A stretch of 64,000 nt of DNA from Octopus bimaculoides (GCF_001194135.2 NC_068981.1:61201280-61265279); one strand, 5' to 3'; counted from the first letter of the stretch, positions 39,035 to 54,314 are shown. Made by a program: numbers and translations. Notes: generated from the letters alone by a model not told the origin.

Positions 39035-39165
39035 ATGTCCACCTAGTGGTCATCCCTTCTTATACGCATGTAATACAATTTTTTCTGAATTAGCAGATTT
39101 TTATATGCTAGATCACTGGTTTTAAATTGAAATAAATATTCAATTCATCACCCTCAGTATATAAA
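39035..39165 (+). repeat. Unclassified repeat homologous to 2860-3015
   Basis: Shares GTCCACCTAGTGGT, TTTTTTCTGAAT and CTGGTWTTAAATTGA blocks with the reverse complement of 2860-3015. Confidence 0.55.
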
Positions 39166-40679
39166 TATAAATTTAAATAATTATGTTCTCTAGCCGGCAA
39201 CATATACTGCAGTGAAGTACCCTCTGCAGAATTGTTTCCGGGATATAGCGAGTCAGGGCTGAGACATTTGTAAATGACCTCAATGTAATAAGTAGAACTG
39301 TACGCACGTCAAATTTTATGAAGAAAATTCGTGTATAATTCTGCAAATTATATTGATTTTAGAACGATTGTGCTGACGAACCTTGGACATTTTACGTAAG
39401 TAAAAGAGTTGATGGCGAAACCGGTACACAATTAATTTACTTTTTTTCTTCTTTTGTCCTNNNNNNNNNNNNNNNNNNNNNNNNNNNNNNNNNNNNNNNN
39501 NNNNNNNNNNNNNNNNNNNNNNNNNNNNNNNNNNNNNNNNNNNNNNNNNNNNNNNNNNNNNNNNNNNNNNNNNNNNNNNNNNNNNNNNNNNNNNNNNNNN
39601 NNNNNNNNNNNNNNNNNNNNNNNNNNNNNNNNNNNNNNNNNNNNNNNNNNNNNNNNNNNNNNNNNNNNNNNNNNNNNNNNNNNNNNNNNNNNNNNNNNNN
39701 NNNNNNNNNNNNNNNNNNNNNNNNNNNNNNNNNNNNNNNNNNNNNNNNNNNNNNNNNNNNNNNNNNNNNNNNNNNNNNNNNNNNNNNNNNNNNNNNNNNN
39801 NNNNNNNNNNNNNNNNNNNNNNNNNNNNNNNNNNNNNNNNNTGTGTGTGTGTGTGTGTGTGTGTGTAAACCAAAACAAAAATGAAAGAATTCTGTTCTGA
39901 GTTATTGTGATTGATGCTGCATGGTAGCCCCTCCATTGCTAGAAGTAAGAGTTAAAACCACTCTTAGTTATAAATATATGACAGCATTACATATCTGTGT
40001 GTATATTTGTGTGTATATGTATGTACAGAAGCCCATACACCCAATGATACGCATATAGAGAGAGCGAGCTTGCGAGGCAAAGAGACTGTGTAAGCGCGAG
40101 GGAGAGAGAGCTAGAGAGATACATACGGAAAGAGGGAGTGAGAGAGAGAGGGAGATAAACTAAACAAGACAGGAAGGAAGCATTTCTTTGTCTATTCCGT
40201 TTATTGACTCAAAATTCGATTTTCGATATTACTAATAAAATATGTTTACCTCTGTAAATCAAATACATTTCTGACTATCTATGGGAAACTTCGAAGCTCC
40301 CCGGTAATATGTCCTATCCGCTCCACATATAGGCAACATTTCGACAACGAAACTAAACTCGAATGCGTGCAGGAAACAGGCATAAGGTACATGTTTATGT
40401 TAAACCTTCAATGACACTTTCCTGACACATGACGGATAAAGGAAATGTAATATTGATATCGAAGTAGTATCTTTAGAAATTGTTTGCTTTCTTTTCACGA
40501 AACCTAAGATATTCTTAATCAACTATATCCATCATGTTCGCAGCTTAATGGTAGCGCTGCTATTACTGATGGGAATTATCTCAACAGAACTTCCAGCGTA
40601 CAAAATGCGCAAACAGTAGTGCGTCCCATACATAAAATCGTGTGTTGAAAGTCTTTGATTATTTGAAATTATCCATATA

Positions 40680-40698
40680 GTAGCAGTAGTAGTAATAA

Positions 40699-40752
<54 letters not shown>
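40680..40752. repeat. (AGT)n microsatellite
   Basis: Seen directly; explains the poly-Leu ORF at 40669-40953. Confidence 0.95.
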
Positions 40753-40754
<2 letters not shown>

Positions 40755-41999
40755 AGCCATGCATTGTAAGAGCGCGTCGCTGTATTTGTTGGTGGTTATC
40801 TCTTATTTCTGGCAGATGGGGTATGGAGTTTTGCAACACCTGGGCGATAAACCTCCAAACTATGTGTCCCTTTAAGAAGATTTTACCGGTGAGTGTTATA
40901 CGAGCAAATACTATTCTGACCTCTTTTAGTAGCCTTTTGTGACACGTAGTCACTTATTGTAACCTACTCTATGACTACCTAAGCTCTAAACACAACCACA
41001 ACTGGAAGACTTAAGTAACAGGTGGTCTTAAAATTAATAACTGGTTAATAGTGAGAAAAGTGTTCTGATGAACCACCTTGTCTTTAGTAAAACCAACGTG
41101 TTGTATTTTCCTGCTTAACGATACATATTCTATCTGTTCAGTTGGCAAAAGAGTGATCAATATTCAAATAACTATTGTAAACAGAATACTACTATTTATA
41201 GTAGTCTGAATATAGTTGCAGTACATACTTCGAGGAAGCGTTCTGAAATTAGTTAGTGCTTTGGTCACACCTTAGATATGAGGCGTTGAGTAAGAGACCA
41301 TCATCAGCGCCACAACTTACAAACCGAGAAAAACGCAGTCAAATTTTCGCAACATTCAGAATGCGATATCTCGGCACGGAAAGAAGTTAGGAAGGTAGTT
41401 TTGGTCTTTAAATGACCGTGAAGACCTCTTCTAATGATTTCACATATGTGTAATTATTTTTGTATGCATTTCAAAGATGAAACAATGGCTTCGTATTTCT
41501 CATTTTGTATACCGGGACTACGAAACAGTGTATTGCATTGAATATTTTAGTCATAATACCTAGAAAAATCATACAGTGGCCCCCACCAAACGTATTGTTT
41601 GTGTTTTAATATCTCAAGGTAAGTATCTTTAAGAGGTATGTAAAAAAAGATAGTAAGATAATAGCCCGTTATCGTTACGAAGGTAACGAAGAATATTAGA
41701 AAATGAACCATAACATCTCGGAAATCGATATAATGACCACAACAAAGTTATTGATTGAGCGTGTGTGCTTGCGATGATGTGTCACTAAACTCTCTTGTCC
41801 GAGTTTGATTTAGTGAGCCTCGTGTCAATAGTGTTTATGTAAAATATTTTTCAGACGGATTTTCGACGTTATTACAAGCCTAACCGGTTTTTCCTGCCAA
41901 CGTTTTTAGATTCTAGACGTCGAGACAAAGAAAAGGATTTACTAACATCGAAAATGGCCGGGGTGGCGCTTACGACATTCTATTACTAAACACTTCAAA

Positions 42000-43053
42000 A
42001 GGTAAACGTTCAAATAACTTGAATTAAGCATTCATGACCATAAGCAATTTTTCTACTGCAGTCTGAGCTCTTTATAATGGACAGGAAGTTGGGACAAAAT
42101 CCAACATGAAACTTTGCGTTAAACTTCGGAATTCTGCTACGGGTTAATTGAGCATGCCTTGACAACCTTACGGCGACGAGGAAATGGGCCGTGCACTATG
42201 TTTCGAGTGGCATGGGTTCTTCAAAAGCAGAAGAGTTTCCCTGAAAGACGATGAGCGATCGGGAAGATCAGCCACGAGTGTCATGTACGGAAATGGGAGA
42301 AAATACATCAACATGTGCAAGAGGATCGTTGGAAGACAATCAACATTACTAATGCTGTTGGTCTATTGTACGGATCGGTGCAGGTAGTCCTAACATCTGA
42401 ATTAAAATGCAACGCGTCTCTGCCAAGTTTGTGCCCTGTCTGCTGACAACTGAGGAGAAAATACATCGCGTTGAAGTCTGTTAAGATCTCCGTCAGCGTG
42501 TCATGACCGTAGAAGGCACGATGCAGTCGCAACTCAATCAAGAGCATAGTCATCATTTGTTTCGACATCCGTGGTATTGTGTATTGAATATTCGTGACCC
42601 AGGACCAGACAGTCAATCGAGATTCCTACTGCAACTCTTTGAAGCGTTTAAGGGAGTGCAATCAGTGAAAGGTACCAAATCTATGGAGTGCCAAGTGATG
42701 GGTTCTTCACGACCACGGTGCACCCTGTCACCGAGCTCTCCTCACTCGTGAATTTCTTGCCAAACAAAATGGTATCTCTTCCGCACTCTCCCTATTCGCC
42801 CGATTTAACACTTGTGGGCTTCAATTTCTTCCTCAAGATGAAAATGCAGCTGAAAGTTCACCGTTTTAACACCGTTGTCGAGATCAAGGGCGAATCGCAG
42901 ATCTTCAACTCGTTTACGGAAAACGACTTCTAGCCTGGGACCGGTGTATTGCTGCTAAAAGTGATTATTTCGGAGGAGATGGAACATCTTAGGTAACCAA
43001 GCTATTTTATTATAAAATATAACCAGTTCGTGAACTTTTCGATACCACTTCTT
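42000..43053 (+). mobile_element. Mariner (DD34D-type) transposon, decayed and internally deleted
   Basis: SLKDDERSGR, SAKFVP, LHDHGAP, PHSPYSPDL, WDRCIAAKSDYFGGD; right TIR CCAGTTCGTGAACTTTTCGATACCACTTC at 43023-43051. Confidence 0.88.
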
Positions 43054-43559
43054 AGAGTAATAATATATTAAAATTAAAGAAAAATCGAAAACAGTTATAA
43101 CAGCCTCTCCTAAAGGAATTTCAAAATGTCCAGAACAAACCAAGTATTTACTATAAATTTATAGTACATTCATTTTACATTTGCGTTTCTGTAAAATGGG
43201 TAAATTCTCTTATAAGCAACTGGCTAAACAGATTAAAATAAAGTCAGAAACCCATTGTGAATGTGTTCATACTAAAAGAAAAATATAAACATACAACTGA
43301 AAGCGATCTTATTAATTGAACAAGGAGAATTAGAGACCAAATAGGAGTGAGAGCATAAAAATATTGTAACTAAAATTAAAACTATTTACTGAATACATTC
43401 AGAACGGAAAAATAAGGAAAATGCTAAAGAGAAATCGAAGCACTTATTAGTTTGCTGAAATACTTTAGAGAACATTTGTATTTTATAGATTAATCGAAAT
43501 AGAAAGATGTGTTACAACCTTTAGTGTGGTTAGTAAGTTATTAGAAATGGTATGGTAAG

Positions 43560-44400
43560 CGAGATAATGCTAAGGGTTTGGATTTATTGTGTTATGAACA
43601 TGGTTAGCGCCTTCCTAGATTCGTGACGTTCTTTGGCTGATCCATTTCCAAAGCACTCTTATTGCAAGGCATCTTCTATCATCTTTATTTTGTCAATATT
43701 ATGTATGCTAATGCTATCTAATATTTCTAATATTTCGTATTCGAATTGTGAGTTAAAGCCACTCTTTATGTAACCTGACTTTTAGCATTCTCTCGATACC
43801 CTTCGGGAAAATATTAGCCATTAATAACATTTACCACCTTAGGTTCTGATATTTCTCAACTTTCTAACTAAATTTGATACTGACTGTACTACCATATGTT
43901 ATGATCTTAAATTGTTTTGTTTGACAATATCTGGTCAACCTGCTTCAGTATTAATATTCACCTCAATCGAGAGATATAAATTATTATAATGTTATATATT
44001 TATTCTTCACCGTGTAAGGCTCTGCTCATGATCCTTCACATTGATTGATACTTTCAATCCAACTGAACGCAAACGGTCAAACATGATTTCGAGTTGTTTC
44101 TGTGCTAGTTTACGGCAATTTCTACGGGGCTGGTTAATGCATTCGTCCTCCTTTCCACACAATCTGCATTTCCCCTCTGCCTGAGTTTTATCTCACTTTG
44201 TCGTTAGCAATTTCATTCTAAGAGATCGATCATAATCGGCGAAAATCAACAAATGACCTTCTCGTTTCACTTTTCCCTCTACTACACACAGATGATCATG
44301 TAATTCATTCCTTTTTTTCAGCTATTTCGTCTGTCATGATTTTTCCGTATTGAATTCTCTTAATGCTTCTATGTATTCATCGGGTTCTTCAGTGAGCAAA
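43560..44400 (-). mobile_element. R4/Dong-like RLE LINE 3' fragment, old
   Basis: KCRLCGKEDECINQ..CRKLAQK zinc knuckle at 44100-44175, PDIV, KVEKYQNL. Confidence 0.75.
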
Positions 44401-45989
44401 TGAAACATCACTAGTCTTTAACGCTTAAAATCGTCTACATGATAAACTATTTTGCAAATAGAAAATTTTGAAATTAAATTAAGTGTGGTGCATGTGATTT
44501 ATTGTGGGCAAGTTGCGAGTTCTTCGGCATTGTCCTGTTATCACTGCTACCCTTAACTTTAGAAATGGTGTAGAATGTATCATTTCTGGCGTTGCCCACG
44601 TAGCAATTTCCTTCGTGACATAATATGCAGTTTAGAAAACATTTAAAATACATTCTTAGTTCTCTTAGATTAATGCACCTGCTCTCTCTCGTTCTGTTTC
44701 TTTCTCCTCACTTCTCCACTTGTCCTTGTTCTTCTCCTTCATTCTGCTTCATCTTATACTTGTTAGCACTTCTGTTAAATTATATCTTTGTATAACAGTG
44801 CATGTTTATATTACACACACGTCGGTGCTCTCACACAACTGTATAAGTTAGCTATTGCTGCATGCCTAGGCGTTATAAACAACACATAAAAATTATTTTG
44901 TATGTACTAATTTATGCACACATACATACACAGGGACAGACAGACACATATATACATATACATAAGTATGTATGCACGTGTATACACCAGTGAATAAGTC
45001 AAACAATTTATGCAGCTGTTGCATTATTATGTAACATATTATGTGTATGTGTAGAAATTATTCAATTCACCCAGTGCACTTGGTGAGCGACTCACAATAT
45101 CACGGAAGATATTTTAAATGACATCTTGCTACTGTTACTGACATTCAGACAAAATGTTTGCGCGAAATTTACCAGCATCACATCACTTTACTTTTAATGA
45201 CTGCCATATGCATGCAATAAATAATATTACCTGTGAATATCACAACATAAGTATTTATACCAAAACTCCAATGTACATACTTCATCCATCGAACCAGTTG
45301 CAGTATAACATCAAAACATTCTCAAAAAAAAACGGATACCTACACACTTGAGTGCAGTATATCTATGTGGACCAATACACTCAATATGTACTTAAGTACG
45401 TATGCATGGCATAATCGTCAAACAAATCTTAGGCATTAAATCCAGTGAAACTGAGAAAATTGAAAAAGTTGCACAAACACTAAAGACATGATAGCAAACC
45501 TATCATATTAAGAAATTCTTATAATCTCAAAACGATTTATATAATTTAAAATGTATACAACGATATTTAGATACATGAATATCATAATGTCATCGGAAGT
45601 GAAGTGTGAATTTTCAGTTAGTCAGAACTGAATCGGTCTTCGCGTTTTAACAATTAACACATAACCAATTGAAGTACATTATTGATTTCCTATAATATGA
45701 CAAATAAGTAATTTTCTTTGTTATTGACTCTTGCTGAATCATTAGCTTTCAGGAACGCTTTCCAGAACTGAACCGAAATGAAATGGGATACCGTAAAACA
45801 AAACAGTCTGCTTTGATTCTTTTCCTCAATATTCAATTCACTGATATATAAAAATGTCAAGATTCGATATATGTGCGTGTATGAATGCATACTCGCACAC
45901 ACGCACATGAGCATGCACACCCACAAATATATATATATATGTGTGTGTATATATACACACACATGCATGCACGCACGCACACACTCACA

Positions 45990-46027
<38 letters not shown>

Positions 46028-46049
46028 CACACACACACAAACACACACA

Positions 46050-46089
<40 letters not shown>

Positions 46090-47309
46090 CACACACAGAG
46101 TCACGTAGATCTATATTGTAAAAATTAATTTCTTTTGTTGTAATACATAACAATATAACTGAATCTGCTTCCCTTTTTTATCGTGTTGCTTTTCTGATAT
46201 CAATGGATTACATCTTATTTTGCAAACAGCTCAGCGAAACACTCTTTCAACAGTAATGCAAGAGAAAGAATACCACAGAATATACTTTTTCGTAATATCC
46301 TCATTAAAATTTATAGATAGTGTATACCTTATTAACATTTCCTGCTATTTCCTAAATTTCTTTAAATACAGTTTCTTCTTTATATTAAAGCAATTTTCTA
46401 CAGGCATATATTTATGGAAGCATAAATTTCATTGAATTTTGAAAATTTTATCTTCTTCTGCTTTTATCCCCTCAAAATAGTTTGTAAGCTCATTTAATAT
46501 TTATATATGTCAAGAAGAAATGTAAAGCATGTGAATGAAAGAATTTAATACAAAGAATTGAAAATGCATTCTTCACTTGCAATGTCATTTCCTTTATCTT
46601 CCACGCTCTGCTGCATCAAATAAATGGGCACGTGTCATTATGCAATTCAAGAGTAATCTAAATAAGGTAAAAAAAAGAAGACTTGTTTGCAGTTATAGAA
46701 GATCAATTACTTTACAATTTTATCGCATTTCGAACATCAAGAATTTAACCATATACTTTTATCATTTTCCGAAACATACTTTTTGAGGTAGTCAGTAGAT
46801 AGTGATATTGAAAGCATCACGTAAGAAGCAACTACAGATCATTGAAGTATATTCTATAAATAGGCACTTAAACTAACAGTATCAACAAATAGAAACTGGG
46901 TTGTTTTATCATTATTGCAAATTAAAAGAAGCAACTGCAAACAATTCAATTAACTTCGCTGTCATTATCAATTCAAAAGTTACACGAATGTTACAACATC
47001 TAAATCATTCCACCTATGAATCGCATGTGTGCACACCTTTAGAAAAAATAATATACTACAACACACGTGATAATCAAAATGACAATTTTGAAAGTTACAA
47101 TCATTTCGATTTTTTGTAATAATATAATTGTATTGTGCCATGTTCATGATTCTAATGGTTTTATCATTATAGAATTATTGTTTTCACCTGCTACAGATTG
47201 ATTTTGTCTTCATCGGAAGGCAGTAATATATCTAATGTTAGCAAAAGACTAGCAGTTTTGTGCGGAGCAACTCAATCATTACATTGACATTAATGCTTAA
47301 TTGATATTT

Positions 47310-47440
47310 GTTTTATCGATTCCGAATGATGAAAGGCGAGGTCGTCTTCAGCGGAATTTGAAATCAGAGAGTAAAGAGCTGAAAGAAATACTGCTAAGTG
47401 TTTTGTCTAGCACTTTAACGATCATTTTTGCTAACCGCCT
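47310..47440 (-). mobile_element. SINE S3 fragment
   Basis: GATGAAAGGCGAGGTCGTCTTCAGCGGAATTTGAAATCAGA...ACTGCTAAG. Confidence 0.7.
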
Positions 47441-47899
47441 GGGAAGACAATGATAATAACACTAATATTCAAACGTTAGCGTATGGGCCACACAGCGCAG
47501 GGAAAGTTAAATAATTCTGATCCATTCTTTCACGTTATATTGCCTAATTATACCGGTCCGACTTTTCTTTTCATGTAGTTACATTTTATGGATAAAATGT
47601 ATAAAACCAGTTTTCCCCGAAGACACCTCGCGAAAATCGATGTTCTTCAAAAGAAGTCGATATTTATAAATTTCGCTTTAAATTAATAAATTAGCTTACA
47701 TTATAAATGATGAGGAAAGGCTAAACTCTTATGTAATATCACAAATGAAGTATTTTTACTGCTAAGATGATGATATCATCTTTTAGATTTTGCGGAAAGA
47801 CTCTATAAAGCAATCAGAAAGAAAACTCATAAAACAGCCAAATATTCACTCAATTTGCTTACTACGTCACCAATATTGAGACAATTGAGAGTCTTCAAT

Positions 47900-48840
47900 A
47901 TTTAGTCTGCCTTTTAAGTTCTTGGTGAGAGAACAGCGAATCTGATTAAACATGTAAGTGTTAATACTTGTAGTTTTATTGTCTTTTAAACAGCTGGATT
48001 AGCTTTAAACATAGCTGGGTTCATAATATTAGTTTATTACAAGTACTTTTATTAGTTCCTATATAATGAAATTTAAGTATAGTTTAGTCACTGGCAATTT
48101 AATATTATAACTTGTAGTGGTGATATATTAATGAATATGTAGTGTTTTATTATTAACTTTTGAATGATGAAATAATGTATTTCAATCACGAACATATTAG
48201 TTAAATTAATTTCAATTTTTTTTTTTTTAATTTTGTAAGGCTTGATCTTTCATTGTAGTAGTATCTATGGAAGACCGGTGGGATTATTATTTATATGGAC
48301 TTTAAGATTGATCGCAATTTAGCATGTAATTTAGTTATTGCAAGTTTACTATTGATACCAAAACAATGTACATTGTCTTATTTATTGTAGCTCTGTTAAA
48401 GTTAGTGTTTAATCCTGTTTACATATTGATTGATTGAAATAATGTGGTTATTAAGCTTTTACTTTTATAGTACACTACAGAAGACGGTGGAGTTTATAAT
48501 TCTGTATGACTTAATAGAGTTGTCGCAGTCAAGTTACGTATTTAGGAGTGGTTGTAATTAACTTATGGAATACCTTTATCGATACGGTTCTACTTTGGGT
48601 AAATGTGTTTAAAAGCTGTGGTCTGTTCTGTTTTGTTTGTTCTGAAACAACACTTACTTTAGTGCTGTTGACAACGCCGGATTGAATGGTACTGCCCAGA
48701 TGTCGAAACCATAATGATATCCTTGGGGCAGCAGATGATGGAGGTATGCTGGGTTGTTGGTATGACTGTTTTTGTATATGTGGAATAGTATTATTGAATT
48801 GTTGGTATTTGCTGTGGAATAGTGTCATAACAAATACTTT

Positions 48841-48878
<38 letters not shown>

Positions 48879-49420
48879 AAATGCAGTGGGTGCGCAATTC
48901 CGTAATTGTTCCGCATTTTATTTTTTGATACATTTCTGCTATCAGTCCACAAGCAGCTTATAACATCGATGATGAATGTTTTCAGTTGGTCACTCAGACA
49001 TTTATGCATCGCTTCTGCTCTTCTTGGTGGGTAGCAAATCGACGATCTTTAAAATTATGTCTGAGCTTTCGGACATGTTGATGGTCTTTAGAAGTGATTT
49101 CTGGACGATATACAGATTATCCTCGCAGCTCGAAACCGAAATTTTCAACGGTTCCAGCGTTGTGCGCGGGAGTATTTTGGCGTGAATTGTCGTGCAAGAA
49201 GAGGCATTTTGGTTTGGTGCGAATTGCTAGTTTAATTTGTTGGCCAGCATTTCTCTCTTACCTCCACTACTAAATGTAAATCCCTTAAGAAGACAGTGTT
49301 TCAGTTTAGGCATTTCGTGACCTCAAAACAATTAGCGTCACTTTCTCTTCAAAAGCTTGAGTCTTGAATTTCTATTCAACGTTGATTCCAAGTATTTTCA
49401 CTCTTTACTTCGCCGTTTCG
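47900..49420 (-). mobile_element. Possible decayed LINE 5' region (ORF1 and start of endonuclease)
   Basis: Strand-biased composition and broken coding-like frames adjacent to the CR1-like fragment; no motif is firmly recognisable. Confidence 0.3.
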
Positions 49421-49689
49421 ATTCAGGCTGAAAATAAAGGACTCAGATGTCACAACCTATGACTATTCTCTTCAAAAAAGCTTCGCTTTCATCCTTGTAG
49501 CGGTCGTATAAGCGTTCAAATATATCTAAATATCACGCATATATACGTCGGTAAGCTGTCTTCTCGCACAACGTTACAGAAGTGAAGCTTCTCAGGATGA
49601 CTGCGTAATGCAGAACCATGTACAGAGAACATGATGTTCCACAGAAAGCCTGTTATGAATTGCAGCTACGGTTATGATGGAACGCCACC

Positions 49690-50130
49690 GTGGTTTTACT
49701 GATTTCCTCAGGTTGGAGTGTGGTGGGAAGTCACATCACCAATCCTGTCTGTGCCCTTGTCTCAGCTTATTGGCTCATTTGGCCTATGAGGGTATTTGAT
49801 TCCACCAACCTCGTCTGTACCTCATGTTGGGCCGTTGGTTCATCCATTGTTGTGGAGAGGTTGATGTATAGTCTTTATTTTTGAAGACTTCTACTTCCAC
49901 CCTCTGGCATCCAGTTCTGGCATTTGTATAAGATTTAATGCCGAAATTGGGTACTAGCCCTTCCAGCGTTTTCCATATGTAGATTATTATATATTTGTCG
50001 AGCCTCTAATCCAAGGAAAAAGTCCAGCTCTTCCTTAATTAGACATGGTTCAGCCATTACTTTCTGATTAATATTGAATACAATAGTTCCAATTGAAATA
50101 AAAATTCTGTTTTACAAGTTTATTTTGTAT
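49690..50130 (-). mobile_element. CR1-like LINE 3' fragment
   Basis: FSLD*RLDKYIIIYIWKTLEGLVPNFGIKSYTNARTG, resembling the CR1-group ORF2 C-terminus. Confidence 0.75.
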
Positions 50131-51499
50131 GTGATCACAGTTTCTGTACTGGTCTTATGGATCGCAAACCAAGCCCTGGGTAACATGTAAACGTAATGCT
50201 GGGATAGTTTATATTGTATATTTTTAAGTAACACTCTCCACGACATTGACGAGAATAAAATTTTAGTTTCCGTGTAGCCAAGACAAAAGATCTAATTTTG
50301 TCTCGCTTAAACATGCAAATTTTCACAGATTCGGCGAAATGTTTGCTTTTATGTATGTTCTAAGCAGCAAATTATATTCATCACTGCTGGCAGCTATATT
50401 GTTATTCGTTAAGTTGTAAAGACCTACGAAAACAAAGAAATGCATCTCTGAAGGCAATCGCGCAGAGAGCTAGTTGAAGATTACTGTGACATCGATTGAA
50501 GTTATGCTTTGTCGACAGAGCACCTGGAGGAAGAGATGCCTGTTGTTGATTCCTAGAAATAAACCTGAAATTTTACTTTCTATGATTGGAAGCATATTAC
50601 AGAATTTATCACTAAACATAATTTCTTAGGGCAATTTCTACGGGTCAATTTTCTGTTTCCTTAGAATTCTAATTAATATAATTCTTTCCGTAAAAGTTTT
50701 CTTCTTCTATCTAAAATCATACTTGAATCAAATACAGAGCATAGAATGAGTATCCTCACATCATTTATATCTGCCATGCAATGAGATAATATTATTGTAT
50801 TTTCATCTTTTGATCACTCATTTCAAAGCAAAATAACTTTTTTTATACTCAAGGCTATAAAAGATTCAATGGATTTATCAGATGCCGTTCTGAATGATTA
50901 AGTTAATAAAATATTTAATAATCTTAGAATTAGTGTCCGTGCTCCTATCTTATAAGTCGACTAGCATTAAAATCCAATCTGTCACAGATTTTTGTGATGC
51001 TGAAATACGTTTTAAGCTCATTCGACAGTTTCTAATTAACAGCTGTCTGTTTACATCAAACAACGTCTGAGCGTTATATCATTGCGTTTGTAAGTGTATA
51101 AGAATGAATCATTCTAGAAATAACTTTATATTTTCTACCAGACTTTTGCTAAGTAATCTTAACTGTTTATTGTTCTTGATTGAATCATTTATTTCTAATA
51201 TAATCTGAAAGGTAGCTTAAAGGATATCCAAATAAAAATGACAAGGCGTTTTCAAAACAATGCATATCACGCATTTCTCGACAGCTATTTTTTGCTGGAA
51301 ATAGTCTGCAATATTCCCCAATAGAGGTCTATTTAAGAATTAAAAGCTGTTCATTTGAAAATAGTAAACTGTTGCATAAATTTAAAACTTTTAAAGGCTA
51401 TAAGTGTAAATGCAACTTCGATAAGATTTCTATACAATAACTGAATTATATGCTTTATTCCAACATATTGAAGTTTGATCTGGAGCGAATCAGTTCATA

Positions 51500-51720
51500 G
51501 ATAATCCTTTCTAATGAAGGCACAAGGCCTGAAATTCGGGGAGCGGGGACTATTCGGTGACATCGACATAAATGTTTCACTGGTACTTAATTTATTGACC
51601 CCCGAAAGGATGAAAGGTAAAGTCGACCTCAGCGAAATTTGAAACTCTGAACGTAGCGGCAGACGAAACACTGCTAAGCATTTTACCCGCTGTATCAACG
51701 ATTCTCCCAGATCGCCGCCT
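51500..51720 (-). mobile_element. SINE S3
   Basis: TTGACCCCCGAAAGGATGAAAGGTAAAGTCGACCTCAGCGAAATTTGAA...GCAGACGAAACACTGCTAAGCA. Confidence 0.8.
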
Positions 51721-52854
51721 AATATCTAACTAACTATCTCTTTATATACATACATGCGCCTGTTAAGTGTGTGTGTGGGGGGGGGTATATAAAGAAGAAT
51801 GGATAATTATAATCCTTCGACACTTATTACAGTATTATTTTCATTCTATTCATATTAGATTCCAATCTCAGCCATAATGTGTTTCGATATAGCATTTATG
51901 TGATTGCAGTATGTATTCATCCAGTTTAGACATTCCTATGCAGCTTTGTTAAAGCTTTTGTCTATACGTGTGAGTGAAGCGAACTAAATACAATGCTACA
52001 TATTCTTTCTTGAAGTATGCTCTAGGTGAAGAAACAGTAAATTCTTAGGGTCCATGATAGCAGAAATTGCTTTGAAATACGATATGGCAATAATGTTCGT
52101 ATCATTTAGGCATAAACTCCTTTTTAGAATTTAAAGGAATAGATAATTTCATACACTTAGTAGTAGAAAACAATCTTTATAAGGTAAGGATGAATGCACT
52201 TCTCTGACTAAGCCTAAGGAAGATAAAATGATAACATAAATACGATAAATAGATTAAGAGGAATCAAAACGAGAGAAAATAATAAGGAAATAAACATTAA
52301 AGAGAAATCAAATTTATTGGGTGATTGTTAAAAGCGAAGCAGAGTAAATCTAAAAATATCTGATTTAGTTAATACCCGTGCATTTTTCTTTACGTTCTAT
52401 TGTATTAAAAATGCTTATTCGGGAAGTACTTGAATACTTTTCTGAAAATATAAAAAAAAGAAAGCTGTGTAAATTTCGGAGCGAATTCTTTTCGTTCAGC
52501 TAAAAAACTGTAATTAAAGGTAAAGATATGGAATATTATTTGCATGTATAAATTATACTTCCAGTTTCCAAATTGAGCTCTATAAATTATTGCCCACTTA
52601 CTATCATATTTAATTTTCTTATCCTATAAAGATAAATCTCTGCTTAATGTCCAGAGAACATGACCCTATGTAATACCTGAAAATCCCAACAGTCTCTACT
52701 CTACATCTATACGATATGTATTTTGCTGAGGCATAACCCTTCGAGTGGATATAATTTGCTCTTACAGTTCATATAATAATTATACATATTAACCGTATGT
52801 TTTCGGCTGACAGAAACATAAGGTATTCCGTCTATATTATTACATATCACACTA

Positions 52855-53070
52855 AGACGGCGAGCTTTCAGAATCGTTAGCACGCTGGACGAAATGCTTA
52901 GCTCAGTGTTCAGTGCTACGTTCTGAGTTCAAATTCCATCAACTTCACTTTTCATCCTTTCGCTGTCGATAAAATAGGTACCAGTTGAACACTGCGATAA
53001 ATGTAATCGACCCATCCCAAGCTGCATTTGTGGGAAACATCTGAAATAATTATTACATATAACACCAAGG
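52855..53070 (+). mobile_element. SINE S3
   Basis: GGCGAGCTTTCAGAATCGTTAGCACGCTGGACGAAATGCTTAGC...CTGAGTTCAAATTCC. Confidence 0.8.
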
Positions 53071-53129
53071 ATATTATTACTTTCACTATCGGTTAAATTA
53101 ATTCAAATGTGTGTGGGGAGAGACTATAT

Positions 53130-53331
53130 ACATTCTTTCACCTGTTTCAGTCATTTTCACTTTGGCTATACTGGAGCACCATCGTTGAGTCCAAGAAATC
53201 GATCCCAGAATTTATTCCTTGTAATCCTGGTATTTACTCTATCGGTAGTGAAGTTACGGGGATGTAAACACATCAACAACATCGGTTGTCAAGCGATGAT
53301 ACAGGAACAAACACAGACACAAACAAACGCA

Positions 53332-53340
<9 letters not shown>
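53130..53340 (-). mobile_element. SINE S1 3' tail
   Basis: Reverse complement of CATCGCTTGACAACCGATG...CCCCGTAACTT...ATGACTGAAACAGG. Confidence 0.75.
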
Positions 53341-53377
<37 letters not shown>

Positions 53378-54314
53378 AACAATATATATATGAATATATA
53401 TATATGTATGTATATATATGTGTATATATATATATATANNNNNNNNNNNNNNNNNNNNNNNNNNNNNNNNNNNNNNNNNNNNNNNNNNNNNNNNNNNNNN
53501 NNNNNNNNNNNNNNNNNNNNNNNNNNNNNNNNNNNNNNNNNNNNNNNNNNNNNNNNNNNNNNNNNNNNNNNNNNNNNNNNNNNNNNNNNNNNNNNNNNNN
53601 NNNNNNNNNNNNNNNNNNNNNNNNNNNNNNNNNNNNNNNNNNNNNNNNNNNNNNNNNNNNNNNNNNNNNNNNNNNNNNNNNNNNNNNNNNNNNNNNNNNN
53701 NNNNNNNNNNNNNNNNNNNNNNNNNNNNNNNNNNNNNNNNNNNNNNNNNNNNNNNNNNNNNNNNNNNNNNNNNNNNNNNNNNNNNNNNNNNNNNNNNNNN
53801 NNNNNNNNNNNNNNNNNNNNNNNNNNNNNNNNNNNNNNNNNNNNNNNNNNNNNNNNNNNNNNNNNNNNNNNNNNNNNNNNNNNNNNNNNNNNNNNNNNNN
53901 NNNNNNNNNNNNNNNNNNNNNNNNNNNNNNNNNNNNNNNNNNNNNNNNNNNNNNNNNNNNNNNNNNNNNNNNNNNNNNNNNNNNNNNNNNNNNNNNNNNN
54001 TACATATGCATATACACATATGTAAACACGCACACCCATACATGTGTGTGTGTGCGTTTGCCCCTCTCACCATCGTCTAACGGTGAATTGATACAACGTC
54101 TTAGATACATATATGTACATATATAACCTTACTTATACATATATAAACAAGTATACACAATCATATTGACACTCACACACGCTCACAAATATACATATCT
54201 CAAAGTATACACGCATATACGCTTAACCATCACTACACCTATACATATATATACACACACACATACACACATACATATATACAACTATGTATGACATTAA
54301 TACTAATACTAATG

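Noticed and set aside
40230-40650. Two plus-strand exon-like frames
   Set aside because: Phases are incompatible, the acceptor is weak and there is no recognisable product.
41060-41100. CTGATGA hammerhead core
   Set aside because: No GAAA, poor stem II, no stem I.
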